This document shows positions 54,920-64,000 of a DNA stretch of 64,000 nucleotides, piece after piece (positions within the stretch are counted from its first letter, which is position 1; every line of letters begins with the position of its first letter). Source of the DNA: Solirubrobacterales bacterium (GTDB taxonomy: Bacteria; Actinomycetota; Thermoleophilia; Solirubrobacterales; 70-9); contig DASULV010000008.1 of assembly GCA_036277955.1 (NCBI GenBank), positions 320 to 64,319 of the forward strand. Direction: 5' to 3'. Position numbers and translations under genes: made by a program. The notes beneath the pieces are model-generated. The model made no database searches. It was not told the DNA's origin and saw only the letters and a list, made by a program, of their open reading frames with translations.

Positions 54920-56301
54920 CCGGGCGTCCGCTTCATCCGTTTGCGCTCGTGGGGGTGGGCGCCGCCCTTTTCGTCGAGCACCTTGCAGGCCTGGTCGATG
55001 TCGTCGGCGAGGCGGTCGACCTGCTGGCGGCCCAGCGTCTCCTTGACCAGCGCTCGCATCACCTTCACCTCCTGCGCGTCGGGCGGCATCGTGTAGGCGG
55101 GGAGCATCCAGCCGCGCTCGGCCGAGAGCTGCCAGGAGACGTCGAACTCGTCGTAGTCGTGCTCGCCGGCGAGCTTGAAGGCGACCAGCGGCAGCTGCTC
55201 CTTGTCCGCCCCGATCAGCTCGAAGTTGCCGTTGTCCTCGAGCCGCTTGGCGAGCGCCTTCGCGTTCTCCTCCATCGCCTGCATCACCGCCGTGTAGCCC
55301 TCGCGGCCGAGGCGGACGAAGTTGTAGTACTGCGCCAGCACCATCGAGGCGCCGGTGGAGAAGTTGAGGGTGAAGGTGGCGTCGGTCTTGCCCAGGTAGT
55401 TCTCGTAGAAGACGAGGTCATCGGCGAGGTCCGCTTTCTCGCGGAAGACGAGCCAGCCGATCCCCGGGTAGACGAGCCCGAACTTGTGGCCGGAGACGTT
55501 GATCGAGCGCACCTGCTCGAGCCGGAAGTCCCACTCCGAGTGCGGGTAGAGGAAGGGCCAGACGAAGCCGCCTGAGGCGGCGTCGACGTGGAGCGGCACA
55601 TCGAGCCCCTTTTCGTCGCGGAGCCCCACCAGGAAGTCGTTGATCCCCTGGATGTCGTCGGCGTGGCCGGTGAAGGTGGTGCCGAGGACGGCGGCGACGC
55701 CGATCGTGTTCTCGTCGACGTGGGGCTCGACGTCCTCCGGCCCGATCACGTACTTGCCCTCGCGCAGGCGGACGATCCGCGGTTCGACGTCGAAGTAGCG
55801 GCAGAACTTTTCCCAGACGACGTGGACGTCGCCGCCGAAGACGAGGTTCGGCTTCTCGGTCGAGCGGCCCGCCTTCTCCTGGCGCTCCCTCCATTTCCAC
55901 TTCAGGGACAGCGCTCCCAGCATGATCGCCTCCGAGGAGCCCTGGGTGCGGCAGCCGGTCGTCTCGCCGGGCGCGTGGTAGAGGTCGGCGAGCATGCGGA
56001 TGCAGCGTTGCTCGATCTCGGCCGAGATCGGATACTCGGCGTGGTCGATGAAGTTGCGGTGCAGGTTCTCGGCGACGATCCGCTGTGCCTCCGGCTCCAT
56101 CCAGGTGGTGACGAAGGTCGCGAGGTTGCGCCACGGGTCCCCCTCGAGGACCAGTTCCTCGTCGACCAGCCGCATCGCGTCGAGCGCCGACATGCCGCCG
56201 CCCGGGAACTCCTTGTCGGGGGCGTCCTCGGTGAGGAAGCGGGCGCCGTAGAGCGTGGCCGCCTCCTCGGGTTTCTGCGACTGGCTCATCTCCTGCTGCA
56301 C
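54913..56301 (-). CDS. glutamate decarboxylase (PLP-dependent)
   Basis: NLATFVTTWMEPEA and SINVSGHKFGLVYPGIGWLVFR (PLP lysine). Length 462 aa. Confidence 0.9.
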   Translation of the reverse strand: MQQEMSQSQKPEEAATLYGARFLTEDAPDKEFPGGGMSALDAMRLVDEELVLEGDPWRNLATFVTTWMEPEAQRIVAENLHRNFIDHAEYPISAEIEQRCIRMLADLYHAPGETTGCRTQGSSEAIMLGALSLKWKWRERQEKAGRSTEKPNLVFGGDVHVVWEKFCRYFDVEPRIVRLREGKYVIGPEDVEPHVDENTIGVAAVLGTTFTGHADDIQGINDFLVGLRDEKGLDVPLHVDAASGGFVWPFLYPHSEWDFRLEQVRSINVSGHKFGLVYPGIGWLVFREKADLADDLVFYENYLGKTDATFTLNFSTGASMVLAQYYNFVRLGREGYTAVMQAMEENAKALAKRLEDNGNFELIGADKEQLPLVAFKLAGEHDYDEFDVSWQLSAERGWMLPAYTMPPDAQEVKVMRALVKETLGRQQVDRLADDIDQACKVLDEKGGAHPHERKRMKRTPGY

Positions 56302-56430
56302 TCCTTCGTCGGGGGGTTGGCGCGAGCCTAGTCGTATTTGGTTCGGTCGTTGGCCATTTCCAGCGAACCGGCTATGTTGCGGGCAGGCAGGAGATAGAAA
56401 AGCTTTCGCAATTGAGAGGAACGGGGTCGG

Positions 56431-56868
56431 ATGAGCGCTGAAGTACAGATGGGACCGATCGATTACCTGCTGGTCGAGTGGCCGGGCCGCCAGCCGAACG
56501 GGGAGGTCGCGCCCGAGCTCGTCGCCCTCGTCGACCGCGGCCTGATCCGGATCCTCGACCTCACCTTCATCGCCAAGGACGAGGAGGGGAACGTCACCGT
56601 TCTGGAGCTCGCCGACCTCGGCGGCGAAGTCACCGAGCTGGCGGTCTTCGAGGGCGCCTCCTCGGGGCTCATCGACGACGAGGACGTCACCCAGGCGGGC
56701 GACGTCCTCGCCCCTGGCACCTCGGCGGCGCTCCTGGTCTTCGAGAACAGCTGGGCGGCGCCGTTCGTCGGCGCGGTCCGCCGCTCCGGCGGCGAGCTGG
56801 TCGCCAGCGGCCGGATCCCGGCCGAAGACATCCTCGCGGCGCTCGACGCCGCCGAGGCCAACGCCTAA
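56431..56868 (+). CDS. DUF6325 family protein
   Basis: GPIDYLLVEWPG...IRILDLTFIAKDEEG...ALLVFENSWAAPF...LVASGRIP, as I recall for this actinobacterial family. Confidence 0.65.
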   Translation: MSAEVQMGPIDYLLVEWPGRQPNGEVAPELVALVDRGLIRILDLTFIAKDEEGNVTVLELADLGGEVTELAVFEGASSGLIDDEDVTQAGDVLAPGTSAALLVFENSWAAPFVGAVRRSGGELVASGRIPAEDILAALDAAEANA

Positions 56869-56882
56869 GAGAAGGAGAGGTC

Positions 56883-57167
56883 ATGCCAGGACTACTGCGA
56901 GGAATGGCGAGGACCGCGGTCATCGCCGGCACCGCCACCTCGGTCAGCAACCGCGTCTCCAAACGCCAGGGGGAACGCTGGGCAGCACAGGAAGAACAGG
57001 CCGCGGTTCAGGCCCAGGCAGCGCCTGCGCAAATGGCGCCGGCACCCGCGCAGGGCGGCGGCAGCTCGACGATCGATCAGCTGAAGGAGCTGGGCGAGCT
57101 GAAAGCGCAGGGCATCCTCACCGAGGAGGAGTTCGCCGCTCAGAAGGCGAAGCTGCTCGGCTCCTAA
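56883..57167 (+). CDS. SHOCT domain-containing protein
   Basis: ATG 56883 is preceded by GAAGGAGAGG. N-terminal RTAVIAGTATSVSNRV and a C-terminal LKELGELKAQGILTEEEFAAQKAKLL SHOCT motif. Confidence 0.75.
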   Translation: MPGLLRGMARTAVIAGTATSVSNRVSKRQGERWAAQEEQAAVQAQAAPAQMAPAPAQGGGSSTIDQLKELGELKAQGILTEEEFAAQKAKLLGS

Positions 57168-57179
57168 GCCGGGCCCTCC

Positions 57180-57818
57180 TCAGTAGGAGAGGGCGTAGAA
57201 GAGGTGGGCGACGCCGTCGCCCTCGACCACGCGCGTCTGCTCCAGCTTCACGCTCGGGGGAATGTCCTCGAATAGGCGGACGCCGCCGCCGAGGATCGTC
57301 GGCACCTGGTTGACGAGGATCTCGTCGAGGAGGCCGGCGCGGATCGCCTGCTGGATCGTCTCGCCGCCGCCGCCGATCGCGACGAAGCCTTCGCCGGCGG
57401 CTTCGCGCGCCTGCGCGACGGCGCTCTCGATCCCTTCGGTGACGAAGTGGAAGGTGGTCTCGCCGAGGGTCAGCGGCTCGCGCTCGTGGTGGGTGAGGAC
57501 GAAGACGGGGACTTTGAACGGCGGCTCGTCGCCCCACCAGCCGTTCCACATCGGCTCGGTCCAGGGGCCGCGCACCGGGCCGAACATGTTGCGACCCATT
57601 ACCACCGCGCCCTCGCCCTCGCCGGCCTCGCGGACGACGTCGTCGCTGACCCCGCCTTCGCCGCCCTCGCGGCCGTGGATCTCCTGGAAGTAGCGGAGCT
57701 TGAAGGCCCACTCGTGCAGCGCCTCCCCACCTTCGCCGAGCCCGTGCTCCTCGCTCTGGTTCGGCCCGGCGAGGTAGCCGTCGGCGGAGACCGAGATCTG
57801 GCACTTGACCGGGGTCAT
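57180..57818 (-). CDS. dihydrofolate reductase family protein (RibD C-terminal domain-like)
   Basis: CQISVSADGYLAGPN...VMGRNMF...FVLTHH...IGGGGETIQQAI pattern. Start set to ATG 57818. Confidence 0.8.
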   Translation of the reverse strand: MTPVKCQISVSADGYLAGPNQSEEHGLGEGGEALHEWAFKLRYFQEIHGREGGEGGVSDDVVREAGEGEGAVVMGRNMFGPVRGPWTEPMWNGWWGDEPPFKVPVFVLTHHEREPLTLGETTFHFVTEGIESAVAQAREAAGEGFVAIGGGGETIQQAIRAGLLDEILVNQVPTILGGGVRLFEDIPPSVKLEQTRVVEGDGVAHLFYALSY

Positions 57819-57879
57819 GTGGCCCACCGTAGGCGATCGGCGGGCGACTTTGTCAACCAGTGGTTTGCAAAAACGCCTA

Positions 57880-57907
57880 CTTGACACGGAAACTAACCGC
57901 GCTATCC
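57880..57907 (+). promoter_or_regulatory. candidate sigma-70-type promoter upstream of lon (TTGACA-16 nt-TATCCT)
   Basis: TTGACA at 57880-85, a 16-nt spacer, then TATCCT at 57902-07, about 25-35 nt before the lon start. This is a motif match only. Confidence 0.3.
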
Positions 57908-57942
57908 TGATCTAGGACTAACTACAGAAAGTGGACTTGGTT

Positions 57943-60234
<2,292 letters not shown>

Positions 60235-60242
60235 GAGGCGAC

Positions 60243-60551
60243 GTGTCCCCCCGCTGCCGCAACTGCACCCCGGTTCCCCAGGAGCTCCGCGCCGCCGCGG
60301 GGCTCCTCGAGCGCCGCTGGACGATGGCGACGATCTACGCCTGCTCCAGCGGCGCCGTCCGCTTCAACGAGTTCCGCCAGTCCCTCCCCGGCGTCTCCCC
60401 CACGACGCTCTCCGACCGCCTCGAGCAGCTGGAGGCGGCCGGGATCGTCGAGCGCCACCTGGTCCCGGGCCGCCCGCCCCACAGCGAGTACACGCTGACC
60501 CCGCGTGGCGAACGCGTGGCCCGAGCGGTCGCGGGGCTCCTTCAGCACTGA
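60243..60551 (+). CDS. HxlR family transcriptional regulator
   Basis: GLLERRWTMATIYAC...VRFNEFRQSLPGVSPTTLSDRLEQLEAAGIV. Confidence 0.85.
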   Translation: MSPRCRNCTPVPQELRAAAGLLERRWTMATIYACSSGAVRFNEFRQSLPGVSPTTLSDRLEQLEAAGIVERHLVPGRPPHSEYTLTPRGERVARAVAGLLQH

Positions 60552-60577
60552 ATCTGCACCGGGCGTAAGGTCCCGGG

Positions 60578-61813
60578 ATCAGGGTCCTCGCCTACACCTC
60601 GCCCGCGCGCGGGCACCTGAACCCGATGATGGGGCCGCTGCTGGAGCTGCACCGCCGCGGGGCCGAGGTGCACGTGCGGACGATCGCCGCGGGGGTCGAG
60701 GGAGTGCGCGCGGCGGGCTTGCGGTGCGAGCCGATCGACCCGCTGATCGAGGCGGTGGCGATGGACGACCACCGGCGCCGGTCGAAGCTAGGGGCCGGCG
60801 AACGCGCCTTCGCGGTCTGGGCCGAACGGGCCCCGCTGGAGGTGGAGGACTTCGGCGCCGCCCTGGCGGCGGTCGATCCCGACCTCGCCCTCGTCGACAC
60901 CACCACCTTCGGCGCCAGGGCCGTCGCCGAGCGCGAGGGGCTGCCCTGGGCCGAGTCCCGGCCCTTCCTGCTCGAAGACACCGTGTCCGGCCTCCCGCCC
61001 TTCGGCTTCGGGCTGCGGCCGAAGCAGGGCCTGGCGGGCCGGGCGCGGGACCGCGCCTTCGCCCTCCTCTCCTCCGCCTTCGATCGCCAAGCCCGTCTGC
61101 CGACCGTCAACGCCGGGCGCCGCGCGGCGGGGATCGCCGAGCTGCGCACCGCGCCTGAGGCCCACTGCCGGGCGCCGCTGACCCTCTATTACACCGCCCA
61201 GCCGTTCGAGTACCCGCGGCCGCTGCCGCCGGGGGTGCGGATGGTCGGCGCCGGCGTCTGGGACCCGCCGATGGAGCTGCCGGTCGAGATCCCCGAGGAC
61301 GATCGCCCGCTCGCCCTCGTCACCTGCTCCTCCGAGTTCCAGGACGACGGCCCGATCGCCGCCGCGGCACTCGAAGGAATGAGCGAGCGCTGGCGCCTCA
61401 TCATCACCACCGCCGGTGTCGACCCCGCGAGCCTGCCGAGCCGCGACGGCGCCGTGGTCGAGCGGCTGCTCCCGCACCGCCCGCTGCTCGAACGCGCTTC
61501 CGTGGTCGTCTGCCACGGCGGCATGGGCATCACCCAGAAGGCGCTCGCGCACGGCGTGCCGGTCTGCGTGGTCCCCTGGGCGCGGGACCAGCTCGACGTC
61601 GCCGCCCGCGTCGAGGAGGCAGAAGCGGGCGTGAAGCTGAGGCGCCGGCGCCTCAGCCCCGCCCGGCTGGCGGCAGCGGCGAAGGCCGCCGAAGCCTGCG
61701 CCCCCGGCGCGGCGCGGGTGAAGGCCGGTTACAAGGCGGCCGGAGGCGGTCCGGCCGCGGCCGATGCCGTCGAAGCGCTCTGCTCGCCCTTGATCGCCAG
61801 GAGGCGGAAGTAG
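60578..61813 (+). CDS. GT1-family (MGT/UDP-glycosyltransferase-like) glycosyltransferase, apparent ATC start
   Basis: C-terminal VVCHGGMGITQKALAHGVPVCVVPWARDQ. The conserved N-terminal RVLAYTSPARGHLNP lies upstream of the first ATG (60626). The only start-like codon after TAA 60566-68 is ATC 60578. Confidence 0.7.
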   Translation: MRVLAYTSPARGHLNPMMGPLLELHRRGAEVHVRTIAAGVEGVRAAGLRCEPIDPLIEAVAMDDHRRRSKLGAGERAFAVWAERAPLEVEDFGAALAAVDPDLALVDTTTFGARAVAEREGLPWAESRPFLLEDTVSGLPPFGFGLRPKQGLAGRARDRAFALLSSAFDRQARLPTVNAGRRAAGIAELRTAPEAHCRAPLTLYYTAQPFEYPRPLPPGVRMVGAGVWDPPMELPVEIPEDDRPLALVTCSSEFQDDGPIAAAALEGMSERWRLIITTAGVDPASLPSRDGAVVERLLPHRPLLERASVVVCHGGMGITQKALAHGVPVCVVPWARDQLDVAARVEEAEAGVKLRRRRLSPARLAAAAKAAEACAPGAARVKAGYKAAGGGPAAADAVEALCSPLIARRRK

Positions 61814-62451
61814 AGGACGCTCGCGACCAGTGCCTCGATCGGCGCGGTGACGGTCGAGGCGAGGGCACTGAAGACGATCCGCAGCAGCGGTCCGTCGGCG
61901 ATGCTGCTGGCGATCGCCACGAGGACGACGGAAACGAGGATGGCGATCAGGAAGGCGACGACGACGGTCCCGAAGACGGGCCACCCCTGGTCCTTGACCA
62001 GCTGGCGGGAGCGGCCGAAGGCGTCGAAGACGCCGCGGTGCTCGACCACGATCACCGGCGCGATCACGGCCCACATCGTCAACAGGATCAGCCCCGGCAC
62101 GATCAGCAGGAACAGCCCGGCGGCGATCCCGATGCCGGCGAGGATGCCGGCTCCGATCAGCGGCCCCAGCACCGGCAGGACCGAACGCATCAGGTCGCCG
62201 ACCGAGGAGTCGAGGCGCCCGTCTTGGACGTCCCGGACGAGTTCCACCACCATCCCCTGGTAGAGGGTGCCGACGGCGAGGCTGACCACGAGCCCGAGCC
62301 AGAAGAGCGAGAGCTCGCCTTCGGTCAGCCCGTTGACCACGGCGACGATCAGGAAGAGCCAGAAAGCGACCGGCAGCAGCACGCCTGCCTGCTCGCGGTA
62401 GATGCGGAATACCTCGCTGAGTGCGTCGCCGACGCTGAGTCTCTGTTCCAT
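61729..62451 (-). CDS. multi-TM membrane protein of unknown function
   Basis: Start ATG 62451 (MEQRLSVGDALSEVFRIY), about six hydrophobic helices. The upstream 510 aa of track ORF 61729..63981 is antisense artefact. Its 3-prime end overlaps the GT gene by 85 nt. Confidence 0.6.
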   Translation of the reverse strand: MEQRLSVGDALSEVFRIYREQAGVLLPVAFWLFLIVAVVNGLTEGELSLFWLGLVVSLAVGTLYQGMVVELVRDVQDGRLDSSVGDLMRSVLPVLGPLIGAGILAGIGIAAGLFLLIVPGLILLTMWAVIAPVIVVEHRGVFDAFGRSRQLVKDQGWPVFGTVVVAFLIAILVSVVLVAIASSIADGPLLRIVFSALASTVTAPIEALVASVLYFRLLAIKGEQSASTASAAAGPPPAAL

Positions 62452-62523
62452 GCCTGGCTTTTCTAGCTCGGCGGCTCCGAACCTGCTTGCCCGGGGACGG
62501 CGCGCGCGGTTGAATGGGTTTAG

Positions 62524-64000
62524 ATGGACTCTCCAGAGCAGTCCGCGGAGCGGACGGAGGAAGGACGTTTCCGGCGCCTGATCGACGTCGGCAACGAGGT
62601 ACTCGCGGAGCTGGACCTCGAGGCGGTGCTGCGATCGGTGGTCGAGGCGGCGCGGGAGCTGACCGGCGCCCGTTACGCGGCGCTCGGCGTCCTCGACCCC
62701 GAGCGGCGCGAACTCGAACGCTTCATCAACGTCGGCATCGACGAGGAGACCCGGCGCGAGATCGGCAACCTGCCGCGCGGGCGCGGCATCCTCGGCGAGC
62801 TGATCCGCGAGCCGAAGCCGCTGCGGCTGCGCGACGTCGAACACCACCCCCACGCCTACGGCTTCCCGCCCGGGCACCCGCCGATGCACTGCTTCCTCGG
62901 GGTGCCGATCACGGTCCGCGGCGAGACCTACGGCAACCTCTACATGACCGAGAAGCTGGGATCCGAGGAGTTCGACGACTCCGACGAGGAAGCCGCCGTC
63001 ACCCTCGCCGGCTGGGCCGGGATCGCGATCGAGAACGCCCGTCTGTACACGACGCTGAGCGAACGCGAGGCCGAGGTCGAGCAGGCGCTGCGACAGGCCG
63101 AGACCTCGGTCGACATCGCCCGCACGGTCGGCGGCGAGACCGACGTCGACCGCGTCCTCGGCCTGATCGTCAAGCGGGCGCGGGCGCTGGTCGAGGCGCG
63201 GGCCCTGCTCGTCCTCCTGCGCCGCGGCGACCACCTCTTCGTCGCCGCCCACGCCGGTGAAGTCAGCGCCGGGGCCGCGAGCTTCGAGGTGCCGATCGAG
63301 GACGCCGTCTTCGGCGGGGCGATCCAGGAACGGGTCTCCCACCGGCTCGACCGCTCGACGCCACCGTCGCGGGCGCACCTGCGCGAGCGGCTCGGGGCGG
63401 AGACCGCCCTGGTCGTGCCGATGCTCTTCCGCGGCCGCGCCGTCGGGCTGCTGGTCGCCCTCGACCGCGAAGCCGGGGGGGTCGAATTCGACCAGGAGGA
63501 CGAGCGGCTGCTGCAGTCGTTTGCCTCCAGCGCGGCGACGGCGGTGGCGACCGCGCAGACGGTCGAAGCCGACCAGCTGCGGCAGCGGGTCGAGTCGGCC
63601 GAGCGGGAGCGGGAGCGCTGGGCGCGCGAGCTCCACGACGACACCCTGCAGAACCTGGCCGCGATCAGGATCCAGCTGGCGACGGCGCTGGGCGACGCGG
63701 GTGAGGAGCGGGCGGCGCGGCTCGAGAGCGCGGCCGAGCAGGCGATCGCCCAGCTCGAGGGCCAGATCAACGAGCTCAACCGGCTGATCAACGACCTCCG
63801 CCCGGCGGCGCTGGAGCGACTCGGCCTGGCCGGCGCCCTGCAGGCCTTGGCCGAAGAGAGCTCGGCCCGGAGTGGCGTCAAGATGGATGCCAAGGTCGAG
63901 CTCTCCGACCAGCTCGGCGGCGAAGAGGACCGGATCGTCTACCGCCTGATCCAGGAGGCGCTGACCAACATCGTCAAGCACGCCAACGCCTCCCGCATCG
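62524..64000 (+). CDS. double-GAF sensor histidine kinase (DevS/DosS-like, HisKA_3), 3-prime truncated by window edge; not in ORF track
   Basis: Hand translation from ATG 62524 gives MDSPEQSAERTEEGRFRRLIDVGNEV...GAF1 (GILGELIREPKPLRL...GNLYMTEK), GAF2, then the H-box ARELHDDTLQNLAA and LIQEALTNIVKHANAS. The frame is open to nt 64000. Confidence 0.85.
   Translation, partial: MDSPEQSAERTEEGRFRRLIDVGNEVLAELDLEAVLRSVVEAARELTGARYAALGVLDPERRELERFINVGIDEETRREIGNLPRGRGILGELIREPKPLRLRDVEHHPHAYGFPPGHPPMHCFLGVPITVRGETYGNLYMTEKLGSEEFDDSDEEAAVTLAGWAGIAIENARLYTTLSEREAEVEQALRQAETSVDIARTVGGETDVDRVLGLIVKRARALVEARALLVLLRRGDHLFVAAHAGEVSAGAASFEVPIEDAVFGGAIQERVSHRLDRSTPPSRAHLRERLGAETALVVPMLFRGRAVGLLVALDREAGGVEFDQEDERLLQSFASSAATAVATAQTVEADQLRQRVESAERERERWARELHDDTLQNLAAIRIQLATALGDAGEERAARLESAAEQAIAQLEGQINELNRLINDLRPAALERLGLAGALQALAEESSARSGVKMDAKVELSDQLGGEEDRIVYRLIQEALTNIVKHANASRI

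Noticed and set aside
57863-57872. TTGCAAAAAC near the lon promoter resembling the core of the 23-bp repeat (TTGCAAAAC)
   Set aside because: Only the 9-nt AT-rich core matches and the TCCAGCT half is absent, so this is most likely chance.
62452-63981. Upstream ~510 codons of the 750-aa minus-strand ORF 61729..63981
   Set aside because: It is antisense to the clearly coding GAF histidine kinase and its composition is Arg/Asp/Gly/Leu junk. Only the hydrophobic C-terminal 240 aa (from ATG 62451) was kept.

Overview
High-GC, actinobacterial-type chromosomal segment (taxon is my inference from the gene families; I cannot verify it). It is densely packed, with about 70 protein-coding genes on both strands and very short intergenic gaps. 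I found no rRNA, tRNA, CRISPR array, transposase or integrase. Most content is ordinary core or metabolic: a fatty-acid/CoA block (thioesterase, crotonase, thiolase); an ECF sigma/anti-sigma pair; three ABC systems (DrrA-like, OpuC-like osmoprotectant, NatAB-like); photolyase; an MTA-salvage pair; P-II plus Amt; acetyl-CoA synthetase; class A PBP; Lon; glutamate decarboxylase; MMPL; carboxyltransferase. A copper theme is scattered through the window: CsoR with a perfect operator, a multicopper oxidase and two cupredoxins. Two real genes are absent from the supplied ORF track. One is a 48-aa DUF5679-like zinc-ribbon ORF (4531-4677). The other is a double-GAF histidine kinase that runs off the 3-prime edge (62524 onward). 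The observations most worth a second look are listed here. (1) A 5 x 23-bp exact-period, AT-rich tandem repeat array fills the whole gap upstream of an AAA/DUF4143 ATPase, next to a vapBC module. (2) A TAT-signal multicopper oxidase has no ATG/GTG/TTG start and lies in frame behind the TAG stop of the upstream cupredoxin gene. (3) A GT1 glycosyltransferase has a conserved N-terminus that can only be reached from an ATC codon. (4) A 51-nt palindromic element occurs twice, 30 kb apart. (5) An orphan low-GC gene encodes a 2-TM, coiled-coil, PD-(D/E)xK-like protein. (6) A DUF2804 / GRDP-like gene pair has a second protein ending in a (GGCS)5 Gly-Cys tail kept by synonymous codon variation. (7) CsoR is paired with a His-rich permease instead of a CopA ATPase. 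(8) Several structured intergenic hairpins are present, one of which sequesters a Shine-Dalgarno sequence. Many long ORFs in the track are antisense or out-of-frame GC artefacts and were rejected.
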